DNA of 62,991 bases, the filler included, from Choristocarpus tenellus KU-1152 (taxonomy: Eukaryota > Protista > Phaeophyceae): the NCBI GenBank assembly GCA_964200185.2. It is 10 parts of 10 records of this genome, joined end to end, with 100 filler letters (N's around TTAATTAATTAA, not from the genome) between each part and the next. Parts side by side here need not be neighbours in the genome. Positions count along the whole stretch, not along the records: positions 7,107 to 20,023 come from CAXNAD020001662.1; positions 20,124 to 28,563 come from CAXNAD020004709.1; 8 more parts are not named here. One strand, 5' to 3'. Shown piece by piece: positions 13,326-25,828 of this stretch (position 1 is its first letter; the number at the start of each line of letters is the position of its first letter). The notes under the pieces were generated by a model. It made no database searches. It was not told the origin of the DNA and was given only the letters and a program-made list of their open reading frames with translations. A program made the translations under genes and the position numbers.

Positions 13326-15220
13326 TCATCGGCATCGAACTTGTTTGCCTACCCTCTCCTCCTCGTAATCTTCTGAGCGGTAATCATACCGCCGCTTCAC
13401 CCCACAGGTCTTATCCTCCTCCTCCTCCTTCTCCGCCTCCTCCTCTTCCCCCTCCTGCTCCTCCCCCTGCTCCTTCTTCCCCTCCTTCACTTCCTCTTCA
13501 CCATCCTCAGACTGTTCATCAGACGCCCAGTATTGAACCGAATAGGTGTCAAGGATAGTTTCTGTCTCCAAGTCTGTTGACATGTCCTCCACCTCCCCTT
13601 CCTCTTCCTCCTCCCCTTCCTCCTCTTCACCAAATTTGTGTTCATTCTCAGACTGTTCATCACATGCCCAGTACTGGACAGATGAGGTGTCTAAGACAGA
13701 TTCTTCCTCCACGTCTGTTGACATGACCTCCTCCTCCTCCTCCTCCTCCTCCTCCTCCTCATCCTCATCCCCATCCTCCTCCTCACCTTTCCACAACCAG
13801 TCCTCAGACTGTTCATCCATTGCCCAGTTTTGGACGGAAGAGTCGTCCTCGATAGCTTTCTCCACATCTACATTTGAGCCAACTGGGATTTTCGTTTCTG
13901 GGGAAGCACCGATCCTCTGATCACATCGTTCACATGTGAGAATTGAGAAATATGTTGGAGTCAGTAAGGGCTTCTTCATACGTTGAAGTACTCAGAGTAT
14001 GACATGGTGAATTTTTGTGGACAATTGATACAGAGACTGATATTGCTGTATCAGGTCTTGATGTTCAAGCAGTTGCACACTTAGGGGAAGCCCCTGTGAC
14101 CCCAGCCGTACATTGTAATTGACTGATTGGTTCCTTATCATGACTCCACCCTCCAATCCGCACATGACATTGATTCAAATACTCTAAAACATATATAATA
14201 TATTAAGATATAGTATGTACTCAAAAGTAAATTTATAGAAGTTCCCAATTACAAATACATCGATGGTATCATAGAATTTCTTCATTTAATTATGCAACTG
14301 TCCCCACAATCACTTCATCAAAGTCATGTTTGCACTATGTGGTTCATGCTTTTGAAGCATAATCAGTGTACTTTCGTGTAGATATATCAACCTCTGCCAT
14401 ACGAGATCATTCTACCAAACAAAGTCTTAACAGTACTCTGCAAAAGACTGGTTCATTGTCCTCTTGAGGTTGGGGTAGGACACACAAGTGGAGTGAATAT
14501 CTCCTCTCGGAATATACTGCGCTATTGCTTTCCTGTGACGCCCCAAGGAGTCATACTCTAGGTGTTTCAACTGATACACACTACAAACGACATGCAAGAA
14601 GGCCATAGCTCGTAGTACGGAGGGTGGGGTACCCTCAACAAGAGTCTTCATGCCACAAAGGAAATATGTCTAAGAAACGGCTGCAACTTGGGCAAGAATG
14701 AGACAAAAGGGTTACGTTCTTCTTGCCATGCACGCACACCTGACTGTTCAGATCCCCATATTCTTGCCGGTACTCCAACTCCTGATGCAACAGCCCCTGC
14801 TCCGGCTCCCGTTCTCGATGTATCGCCAAATCTGCACCATGCCGGTAGCAGCACTTGGAGGACTTTCCAAGATGTTGACCATCCTGGTGAGGTAGGTAGT
14901 AGATGGTTGAAATATTGGAGGCAATTTTCACATCTTTCCCCACAAAGAAGGTGACTCGGTGCCAGGAACAGGACTCGATGGATCCCCAACTTTCAGGTAT
15001 CACAATTTGGCATGGCAAGAACTTCAAACTCCCTTTCAACTGCAGTAATGACTCAGAGCACGTTTGGATCTATGTTGGCACAAGGAACATACAGTCCCAC
15101 ATGTGCAGCAATGAAGAACAACCAAAATGGTGGGCTGAGGGAATTCCGTCTTCATCATGAGGGAACCTGATCTATTGGAGATATCCTCAATGGAAAACCG
15201 GGTCTGATTCCACATCTCTG
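13326..15220 (-). pseudogene. Decayed gene: putative tyrosine-recombinase-like domain, PHD-like finger and acidic repeat tail
   Basis: Frameshifted segments GLYVP...NVL*, KIASNISTIYYLP, GTPPSVLRAM...SLGRHRKAIAQY (14427-15220); VCNC...LCINCPQKFH..CHTLSTSTYEEAL...CERC (13923-14080); acidic ORF 13326-13979. Motif reading only. Confidence 0.4.
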
Positions 15221-17209
15221 TTTGGGAGAATGGCAAAGAAAATCATTTCAAAGGGACACACCCATTATTATGTTGTACAGCTGTATTACCGAACAAGATG
15301 ACAAAGATAGACCCTAAACCTAACCCAAAGAAGCACAAGAGCAGTGCCAATCCGCTTGGATCACTCTTTCTAAGACCTAGACACACACAGAGTAAACCGG
15401 TCCAACACCCAAGCTCTCACGTTGTTGGCTGATCTCTTTCGTCCAACAGTCGTAGCCCCCCTCCCACGTTCCTCCTCCTCCTGAAGATTGATACAGAGAG
15501 TCGTCATGTCAGAGGCAAGGTGTGTCAAACATAGGGACAGGGTGTAGTTTCATCTCAACAATCGTGGTACCAGAGGCATCAAAAGTGCAGAGATGGGAGC
15601 ATCCACTCCTGGCACAGTTTGTTGAAGAAATATCAAACGCACATACAATGGTTGCTATTTTTGGCACGTTCAGAGAGACTATTTGCTTTCAAAGGGCCAT
15701 CTCTTGTTTGAAACCTTGGGGAGTACCACAGAGGAATGGGCATCTTAGTGCGATACATGAACCAATAAACCACTTGTTGATACTGGGTGGCAAGACTACC
15801 ACTCCAACCTCAAACAGCAAAGAGTCCTCAAATTCTTATTGACTCCACCGATCCCTGTGTCATTGGTAGCTCAGAATATTCCAATGCTTTTCCGAACAAA
15901 TAGAGGGGCAGCGTTGGACTTTGGTATTGGTGCTGATGCATACTGGAACCGATTTCTTGGTACACCTAGTTGGTATTATCCCTCTTATGTGTATACCGTT
16001 TGGTTGAATTTTTTTTCTAGGCTTCGTTTTTTTTTTCATTGCTTTGTCTGTTTTGTTTTTTTTCCTCTCACCATACAAATCATTATCCTCGAGACGACTG
16101 GGGCTGATGATAATCGTGAAAAACACCATACAAATTCAAAAACACGATTATCATCCGCCCTACTTTGGACGAACCAAGGATATGCCTTCAAAAACACGAT
16201 TATCATCCCCCCTACTTTGGACGAACCAAGGATATGCCTTCAAAAACACAATCTATCAAAAAATACCGTGGGTCCAATCGTTGCTCAGTAATAAATAATA
16301 ATTTAGTAGGGCGACAGAGAAGAGAGTTTTGTCACACTGAAGTAATAGAGCCAGCTTGAGACACAGCTCTACGGTGCTTGGATTGAACGCACAGTGGAAG
16401 TAATAGAGCCAGCTTCACAGCACCTGTGGGTTTGTCTCCTTTGACTTCATTGTGTTCCTGGCAAGACGCAGGTACCTTGCCCGTGCTTTGGGCTCCGTCT
16501 CCCACATCTCCTTACACATCCTGGCAATGCCCCTCTCTTGGATCTACGATCAAGGTCAAGAGGTTCAATAGGAGGGACGGTCCAGTCTGTTGCGAAAAGG
16601 TCTAACCCTAACCCTTGGCATGTGCGGTATTGTGAACTTGGCATGTGAAGAGTGAAGAGCACAACACTCTTTATTATTATTTTTTAAATAAGACAGACTA
16701 TCCTCATAAAATAAGACTGACTATCTATGCATGTGTCCTCTCATAAAATGTGTGAAACATATGGTATAAATCAAAACCAATGCAATATTAGTCATTACGT
16801 CCTTCCCTTGGAGACCAGGTGTTGAAGCACTTGTTCCCAACAGTAGTAGGTAGACAGGCACACAACCCAATATGTGGTAAGAGTTGCTTGATGATACACT
16901 TGACTCTCCTCAGCGGGGAGCGATCGTTGTGCTTTGATCTACTCTAATACACCAGGCATATCATAGAATATTTTATACATTGATCTACTCTAATACACCT
17001 ATCATATCATAGAATATTTTATACACAAGACAAAGTATGAACTAATATTTTAGTGCAAAAGTTTAGTTTTTCTTTTTTTATCACAAAATTGGTTTAAATG
17101 TGAAAAGCAATAAATATAAAGATAAAAAAATGATGCACTTTATAAATATTTTTTTACTCCTGTTGCTGAATGGATAGATGAAAAAATCTGATCATTCTGA
17201 GCTCTGTAT

Positions 17210-17258
<49 letters not shown>

Positions 17259-18117
17259 TTTTTTTTTTTTTTTTTTAACTTTAATATATCCAAATTGATT
17301 GTAGATATAGTCTGAAATCTAGAAAATAAATATTTTGAATATAGATGAACAAAGTACCCCTTCATGGTTTATAAATATGCTCTAATGCATCTGTTGTATT
17401 AGAAACTAAATTAGCTCTATGAAAATTATCCCAATCTCTTTATTACTTTTATTTTAATGGCTTGTAATCCAATAAAGAGATCTAAGACTTGATCGATCAG
17501 ATTTCAGAATCTATTAAATTATTTCCTGTATAACAAACTTCTTATTAACACAATCAATATTAGTATACAATAGCTTCTTAATTTCCTCAAGTTATGTAAT
17601 ATTTTGATCATCATTTTTTAAGACTAATATTAGTATTTACGCATTTTGTTTTTCTTATTATATTTGTATTTTTTATTTATTTTTCTACATTATTGTATTT
17701 CGTTGATACCCTCCGCTTTTAATATATATTATAAATTAAAATCTCCAGGCACAAAACATGAGTGTAAAAAAACCCACTGAATCAAAGTGTAATAAAGATT
17801 TATTCAGATTCCATCATTTTACCCTAAATTTTATCTTAAAGCAAAGAAAACAATAAGATTTATGTAGTAGTTTTAAATTAAAAAAATGATCTTCAACTGA
17901 TTTTTTTTTAACATTAGTAAAGGGCAATGTTTGCTTTGCAAACCAGCTAATTTTGGAACATAAATAGATATCGAAACAGTTTTGCCTCGATCTTTAAAAC
18001 TATTATTTAGTAGGGCGATTTACTTTTTTTCTGTCTACTTCAAGTTTTTTTTTTTTAATATTTATTGATTTTTTAAAATTAAGGCTCTTTCTTAACTGTA
18101 CATTGAATAATTAACCC

Positions 18118-18326
18118 ACCTCTTCATCATAGTCATAAAGCGTTTCAGAGAAGTTTGACCAGATGTACTTCCTGGCTCTAGCCGCAAAAGCTCGGAACGC
18201 AATGTCCCTAAGGTTCTCCTCTCCCCTTCCTTTGCCTTGGTCATTAACATCGATGTCCTTCTCCTTCTCCTCTCCCTTGTTCCGCCTCTGCCTGCAGTCA
18301 GATCTCGGCAACGCATTGTTCCACTG
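18118..18326 (-). CDS. Isolated putative exon of unknown function, possibly a 5' part of the 13-15 kb pseudogene
   Basis: CTGCAG acceptor, open frame WNNALPRSDC...RDIAFRAFAARARKYIWSNFSETLYDYDEE, then a GT donor. Confidence 0.35.
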
Positions 18327-18556
18327 CAGTCATAGTAATGCCAAAACCAACACAATAACAGAACAGAACACACGGGATGATCTCAGTTATTGTGTTGGGA
18401 AAGTAATCTGCAGCAGCATGGATGAGGATATGAACAACAAAGATTTTGGCGTAACGGATGACAACAAAGAGTGAATCATATCTGAACGGTAGGTATGCTG
18501 TGGATAGTGAATCACTCCATTCTATCAAGCAAGTGGGTCCCTTTCCATTGAGATGT

Positions 18557-18817
18557 GAGGCAAATTATCTTAGAGGGTAGAGACGTGTCCATTTGGGAGC
18601 CAAAATCCAACGTTTCGATTTTGATGTAATTTTGGCTATCGTGTTTGTTAGGAAGTGTCAATATCCTTGTTCTGGACACACCTTTTCATAACGTATATAT
18701 ATTTTACCTACTCTTAAATATTTTGGAGTAGGAAAATGTCTTGAAAAAAAACATGGGAAGGCAAGCCCCAAATGGACGAACAGGGCAAAACTCGTACCCT
18801 CTAAAATGTTTTCACTC
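18557..18817. mobile_element. MITE family A, complete ~260-bp copy without the tandem expansion
   Basis: Colinear with 870-1373; ends GAGGCAAATTATCTTAGAGGGTA and TACCCTCTAAAATGTTTTCACTC; no clear TSD. Confidence 0.85.
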
Positions 18818-20001
18818 ATCTATGCAAACAAATATGTGAGGTCTATGAGTTGCTGGTCCTTGAACATACTGTGTCATGATTGACAACTTTCCCCACTGCC
18901 AACAGTACTCATCGCCACCACAACAGGTGCTGCTGTCTCTGTCATAGCCCGAGGTTTATCAGCATCAGTAAAAGGGAATTAGCACAACCAGCAGGCCAGC
19001 AGAAATAGCACACACCATATCGGTTAGAGTTTCTAACACAACACAATATGTACCATCATTCTCGATTGTGAAAACATTCTATTTCATTACACCCCGTTTG
19101 GAAATTGTGAGTTTGAGACACGCCATTGAATTTGTCCAGACAAGAATTCACCACTTGGAACATTCTATTCTTCAAGAGCTGCAATGCATACGTAGAATGT
19201 GTGTGACCCTTGCCCTCAAAATATATGCCAAGAAGCACTGCAGGTACACACTTGGCATATGCTTGGGATGGTGCTGGAAATGCCTTAACAGGTACCGTGC
19301 AACTCTATCTGCAACTCCCGACACCGTGCAACTGACAAGCACTGTGCCTTTATCCATCCCGAATAACAACTTACATGTAACGCTTTGGGTTCTAAGCCCA
19401 AAATATACTGGAGGTATTGATCTGTCGGGGGGGGGCTACAGCAGATAGTTGCTGTAGTGTTCCTTGGACCATGCACAACAGAGTTCAGGATAACACAATA
19501 TATATTGCTATGCAACGTGTGGAACTGGGTAGTCAAAACCCATGATTCGAGATGAAGAGTGGCATCGGTTGGTTATTGAGGGTGCGGGACTCATTTTATT
19601 CAGAATGACAGTAGTACCAAAGTATGTTGTTACTTTGAGTGAGAACTTCAGCATTCTATCCAAGACGTGGTGTGAAACAAAACCTGCTCATGTTGCAAGT
19701 GTATTGTGCAGAGTGAAGTTCGACATTGGTCTTGCTCAATTTGGTGCATGGGATTGTTTAGCCATATATAGTGTGTGGGATATAATCACGAGTGAACTGG
19801 GTATGCCACTTGGGATAATATATATATATATATATATATATCGTGCCATACATTGGTTGGATCACCCAACTTGATGACATCATATCTACAAACGTGGTAC
19901 TACTATCTCATCTCAGTGTCTTTTCTTTCTACAATCTAATCTCTGGCTAGCCCCTTATCCAAGTTGAAGGAGTAGTCATTGATCAAACAACGCTAATGTC
20001 T

Positions 20002-20158
20002 GACCCAAATTATCTGGGGGGGGNNNNNNNNNNNNNNNNNNNNNNNNNNNNNNNNNNNNNNNNNNNNTTAATTAATTAANNNNNNNNNNNNNNNNNNNNN
20101 NNNNNNNNNNNNNNNNNNNNNNNCCACCCCCCCCCCCCCCCCCCAGATACTTTAGGTC
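20002..20158. mobile_element. MITE family B termini on both sides of a spacer
   Basis: GACCCAAATTATCTGGGGG before the gap and CCCCAGATACTTTAGGTC after it. Other partial B ends at 28520-28563, 47682-47745, 54681-54707, 54808-54840 and 58683-58738. Confidence 0.75.
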
Positions 20159-22009
20159 ATCTCTTCTATCTATATTTCTGTGTCCTCTGACATTTTGTAG
20201 ATATATCAGGGAAATGTCAAACCGATACCACAAGGACCCCTGCATAACTAGCAATAATAGTAAATGTAATAGATATCTCTCTAAAATCTATTTGAGTACC
20301 AGCTATACTACAACACTTCCTTAATGGCTTGTCAATCAGATATACCAAACATCAAAGATTATTTTCTTGTCACGTAGCACCTATTTCCAACACCCTCCCT
20401 TACTGTGACAACATTGTACACCATGCTATCAACAGCCCTCTTGCATCCCCTACAACTTGCAACACTCGTGATCGTAATACCGGCAAGTCCTCATCAGTAA
20501 AATAGTTGAAAAATATTTTCGCTAATCCTTGAAACTCCACGAAACTCCACAAACTGGAGAACACCCTTAAATAGTCTTTACCAATATCCCCTCCCTGGTC
20601 TGGAGGCCCTCATATCTTGATCTAACATTTCTCCTAACCTTTGATAACGTTGCCAAGGATGTATCTCTTACTTCAGTTGTGGGAGTCATCTTTAACCTCT
20701 CAGACTCTGGCCATATGGTTGTGTTTGGACAAGATGGTTTTCATTTTGCTCCTGCTTGCAGTTTCTTTGTCTTGGGCTGGCTTGTAAACACGTTTTTGCT
20801 GCAGCCTTGGTCAAGCTTTACAGATCTGATGCATTCCAGGGTAACATTATCCTTCCTTAGTGGCAATGCTCGATGGGAGAGTGGAAAATGAAGATGTGCA
20901 ACAGGATTACACGGGGCATGAGCGTGGTGTCTTTGATTGACCAACTGTTGATATCGCAGAGGTGTATGACAAAAACTGCAGTGATGGATCTGACAACAGT
21001 AGCCCTCAGCAGGTAATCATACTATGCAAATTTTACTGAGAGAACAGAAAGGATGGCTAGCAACTTGGTTGAATCTACTGTCAGCTACGAAACAGCATCT
21101 TGATTGCTTGATGACTTTGAGGATGTCACAAATGGAGTGATAGACGTGCAGACTTATGAAGTGCAAGTACACCATCCTTGCTGTGTTTGCAGGGCTCTTT
21201 TATTAAATTTCCTCTTCCAAGTACCTATCCAGTCTTTGTTTATTCAGGTATGTTGTGAGGACAATTTCCTCCGCAGTTCTCTCTACCTTGAAAGAGGGGA
21301 AAGAATGAGAATGTGAATATAGTGGTGACACCATCTTGGTTATAGAATCACAAAGATACACACATCATTTGCCAAGTGAATTGAATGACAAGTATTTCCT
21401 CTCCTTTTATCCTAGCTCCACACCACCAACTATCACAAATCATGGATACCTCTCCTACATTACCCGCTTCTGCGCAAGTGGTCTATATCCTGTGAGCAGG
21501 CCACAATTATTTCTTCATTCGAGAGGAGGTTCATACATACACAACTCCGCATATCATTTCCCATTTTTTTCCGTCCTTCGTCCATTACATGTTTCCCTTC
21601 TTTCACCCACACAACATCTTTCGGACGAAGGGCTTGGGGGAAAAGGCACTATGATCACAACATCTACTATCATATGGAGACGATGACTTATGATCTCTGA
21701 ACTTGACACACACTAATAGGTTATAGTGACGAAGTCTACCTAGGTATTACACCTTATGCGTGTCATGTTAACATGGTGGGGCTTTACAGGGTTGCATCAG
21801 TAGCTGCTAGGTACCAGCATGATATCCACCTCTTTCTTACGGGCAAAGCAATCAAATTTGGTCTTAGTGGAGCGAGGGCTTCAATATCCGTATCCTCTCA
21901 TATGTCCAGATGGTGACAAAATCAGATATGAAGGTCGGACGTCAAGGACAACATAATTATTTTTTCATGAAACTAGGGGCAGGCTAACAAAACGCTGGGT
22001 TCGATGAAG

Positions 22010-22975
22010 CTCCCATACCTCTTAGGGGACATCTCTTCCAGGACTCTCATCTCTACTTCAAAATCACTCCTTCATGTGATTTCGCCGCAGAGGGGGAAGT
22101 AGAGGAGCATCTTCCGCCTTGTGCGAACAGGATCCAAGACTCCACACATCTTCCGCTGCAAGTTGCCCAATTGCTATCTCACACCCACTAGTTAAATTGT
22201 TTCTGGCGAATAGCGCGAGCACTTGCACCCTGTAACATGGAGTTCCTTTATATTCGATGATATTGATGATAATCAAAGTGAGAAATCCAGCATACTTGAC
22301 GACTTGTGCATCAGGAGTCCTATACGTGCATCAGTATCTATCATCTATAGGCCTGTAGATTGGAGCTATACATCCTGTGGAGGTATGCTTCTGGGGCATA
22401 CTGTAACATAATTTCTCCACCCGGAAAACTGGAGTGAGACGACTAGCAGATGGTTATGAGATCATTGTTAATAACACAGGATGTTCATCTTTTGTATCAT
22501 TGATACGATACAGTATTACCAGTTCAAAAGACTATTGATTCGCACATCAGTACTGGTCGTCACGCACATTTCCATCATTGGTACCTCATCACAGGATCAT
22601 CAATGACCATTACAACCCCAAATATACTCTGACTGTGAACAGCATGTCACTAGGTTAATCAGTCAGAATTAATTGGTGCTTCATTGCACTATGACACCCC
22701 TTCACAACAATCAACCCGCCACAGTACAAGAGCACGATTCATTCAATCCCAGACTTCAAAGGCCTATGAACCTCACACGATTCCCCTTCGCAAAAAGCTT
22801 CCATACCTCTCAGGGGAAATCTTCCAGGACTCTCAATCCTACTTCAAGATCACTCCTTCATGAGATATTACTCGAGAATGGCAAAGTAAAAGGAGCATTT
22901 CCGCCTTGTGTGAACTGGATTCAAGATCCCACACATCTTCCAATGCAAATTGCCCAGTTGCTTTCTTACATCCGT
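22010..22975. repeat. Diverged dispersed repeats, probably retroelement debris
   Basis: 22010-22185 aligns by eye with 22800-22975; 22315-22410 aligns with 28664-28757 on another fragment. Confidence 0.6.
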
Positions 22976-23855
22976 CAGTTTAATGGCTCCATCAGGAAAA
23001 CTGTTGTGAGAGGACTAGCAGATAGTTACGAGACCATAGCAAATCATACCAGATCTTCGCGAGTATCAAACCGAAGGGAAACTATGAATATGAGCGCTCC
23101 GTTTCTTTCGGGTAAGACACCTAACTCCAGTTAAGTCCACACAGTTAAAGGTAGAGAGTCCTATGCTTATGGCAGGAGTGATAGTCATACTTCTCTTTCA
23201 AAGAGGAGGAAATTTATACGATGGCAAGATGGGGTTAAGGATATATCATGAATACCGAAACAATTTTTTTTACTGGGCCGTGACCCTCTGCTCCTCTTCA
23301 AACTCAACTGTGAGGGCTAGTGTCTATTATCATTCCAATCCCTGACAGTCGCCATGCATCACGAGTCTGCCCTTCAAGGGTCATAGGTGCAGCGGGGTTC
23401 AATCAGGAATGATTGTGACATTTTCTCATTTGAATAGGGGGAAAATCAAATCGTTTGAAATGGTATCTTTCACTGTGTCCAACATTCTAACCCCAACGGT
23501 CGCTAAGTGTCATGAGCAAAACAACCCTGGGAAAGTCATATCCCTGGTAAGGTTCAAATTAGAAGGGAGTCGAGAGTGGGCAGATTATAGGTAGGTTTTC
23601 ATTGTTGAAGTCTGTGAGGGGCGAACTGTCGGTAAAGGACGTTGGGGAGTGAGTTAACAACATAGGTTTTGTCATTATTATAAAATTAAGAAGACCTTTC
23701 ATGAAATATATCATTTTGATCTACAATACTTTTCAGATGTGTCAGAGAAAAACCAAAATCAAAACAAAAACCAAATATAAATAATAATTTCAATGAAGTA
23801 CTGTCACAATAGTGGTTGTTATGTTGAAAGATAGTCTCTAAAAAACAATGTACTA

Positions 23856-23940
23856 AATGTTATATACACATATGTATATAGTTTTCATTGCCTTCCCTCT
23901 GACACATCTGCAAAATGTCAGAGGGCATAATAATAAAAAT
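23856..23940 (+). mobile_element. 5'-truncated non-LTR retroposon 3' end (hairpin + TAA tail)
   Basis: CCCTCTGACA-catctgcaaaa-TGTCAGAGGG-CATAATAATAA, flanked by ATGTACTA at 23848-23855 and 23941-23948. Confidence 0.7.
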
Positions 23941-24349
23941 ATGTACTACAGTATTTGAAAGCTAGAAATACTGTAGTATCCTCTTTTTGAAGGTTATTCA
24001 CTCCAAAGTATTCAAAGTAGTGTTCGCACAATCCAACAATAACAACAAGATAATGACACCTGTACTGCCAATTCATCAAAAAATAAGGTCGAGGGGAATA
24101 CTCTGTAATATTGTTCAAACAGTCTTCTTTAATGTCTTTGAGATTTTTGTGATCTGAAAAACAAACTGATATGTGTTATACCATTTTCTATATAGATCAC
24201 AAGGTGTTTTGTTTTTATTCTTCACAACACAGATACTCATTGAGTATAAATTGTAAGAATACTGCAATTAATAGCAAAGTTTTGATATGATTTGATGATT
24301 AAACATTGTATTTAAACTTTTCTGTTCCACAATATTGGCGACTTAGGGA

Positions 24350-25828
24350 ATGGAGAGTGATTTTATGGACATCAAAACAACTCTTTCACTCTCCTCTCCA
24401 CATTGTCTCCTGTTTCTGTTGGTTAGTCCCAGCGGTTTCACAATCCAGGTCGCTGCGAGAGGTATGGAAGGTACGGATGCCGCCAGTGACCTACTTAGCC
24501 TGTCTAAGCAAGACAATTTAACGCAAGAAACGGAAAATTTTGCTGAGGGTTCAACTGCATCACTTAGGAGGGGTATTCCCCTTGACGCTGTAGGTGTTGT
24601 CGAGGTCAGGTCAGGTCCAACGACGACATCTGCAAGGGAAGAGTTAGGTCCGACTGGTCAGCCATGTGCTGGAAACTCTAGTGCACAAGTCACGAAGAAG
24701 AAACAGAGAGTGAACTATAAGGAACCTGAATCAAAACGAGCAATCGCTGTAGAGGTGAGAGTGGGTAGTGAGTTGGGCACAGTAGTCTCAGGAACTGGGA
24801 CAGTACCATGGAAACTGCAAGAAAGTCCGCTTTACTGTCGCATATGGCTGGCTCTGTCTTTCAATGGAATACCGTGCACGGCGTATACTAATGTACTCAT
24901 TTCCTCGATCCTGCAATTCCTGGACTTCTTCGATGTGTCCCTTCCCATCAAGTGCTACACCCAAGCTGTGTGGACTTTCTCGTATGGAAATAAGGGGAAG
25001 GGGTGGGAAACATTATGCGCCAAGCTCAGCGAGGTGGCCCCCTTCGCTGAAAAGGGGGGGGTCACCGTTCAAGCCGTTCAAAAAGTGTTCTGGGGTATGA
25101 TGGACGAGGTGCGAAGGAAGAACAAAGAACGTGGGTCGTGTGAGGGAATAGACGGCGAGTTTAAAGAGGAATGGGAGAAGCCTATCGAGGATGCAATAAA
25201 GGAGGAGGACGATTACCTGGAGGCTGCGGCTAGGGTTGAGGCCAGGAAGGAGGAAGCTGATGTTTCGCACCGTCGATGCCGTGCTGTGGAGGTGACTGTT
25301 GGTCAGGCCAAATCCGAGGTAGCCCAGACAGGTGGACTGAATAGTGAGGTTGACGTGGTGACCCTTGTGGACGTGGAGGGAGTGGGTGAGGCATTAGCTG
25401 ATAAGGGCAATAGTGTAGTGGGAAACGGTAGTGTGCTTGTTGAGGGGAACCAGGAAAGGACGAAGCGTAAGGCGACTGGCCCCCTTCATTGCTTGGGGGG
25501 TGAATTTGGGACTGTAAGAAGGCTATTAGACAACCAGAAAAGAATTATTGACAGGCAGGCGAAGCCCATAGAAAGTCCTCCATACAGAGATACAGAGCTG
25601 GCTCTTCAGGCTTACGCCTTGGAGCTGGAGGAGCGGAAAATTGCCATGCAAGAGGAGGCACAAAGGGCTTCCCTGGAGCGTGCCAAAAAGGAGCAAAATG
25701 ACCGCAAAGAAATGGTGAAAATGGTGAGCGCCTTCACAGATGCACAACGACAAAACGCCATTGTTGCTGCAAAATCAATTGAGGTATTTCAAGCTCTTCT
25801 TAGGGAACTTGGTGAAGGAGGGAGCTGA
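24350..25828 (+). CDS. Myb/SANT(MADF)-like DNA-binding protein with a coiled-coil tail, resembling PIF/Harbinger accessory proteins; probable in-frame intron 24755-24952
   Basis: 492-codon open frame in otherwise decayed DNA. The spliced product RVNYKEPESKRAIAVE|CYTQAVW..YGNKGKGWETLCAKL...VQKVFWGMMDE...GIDGEFKEEW and C-terminal LELEERKIAMQEE fit that layout. The true start is uncertain (possibly MEGTD at 24464). Confidence 0.6.
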   Translation: MESDFMDIKTTLSLSSPHCLLFLLVSPSGFTIQVAARGMEGTDAASDLLSLSKQDNLTQETENFAEGSTASLRRGIPLDAVGVVEVRSGPTTTSAREELGPTGQPCAGNSSAQVTKKKQRVNYKEPESKRAIAVEVRVGSELGTVVSGTGTVPWKLQESPLYCRIWLALSFNGIPCTAYTNVLISSILQFLDFFDVSLPIKCYTQAVWTFSYGNKGKGWETLCAKLSEVAPFAEKGGVTVQAVQKVFWGMMDEVRRKNKERGSCEGIDGEFKEEWEKPIEDAIKEEDDYLEAAARVEARKEEADVSHRRCRAVEVTVGQAKSEVAQTGGLNSEVDVVTLVDVEGVGEALADKGNSVVGNGSVLVEGNQERTKRKATGPLHCLGGEFGTVRRLLDNQKRIIDRQAKPIESPPYRDTELALQAYALELEERKIAMQEEAQRASLERAKKEQNDRKEMVKMVSAFTDAQRQNAIVAAKSIEVFQALLRELGEGGS

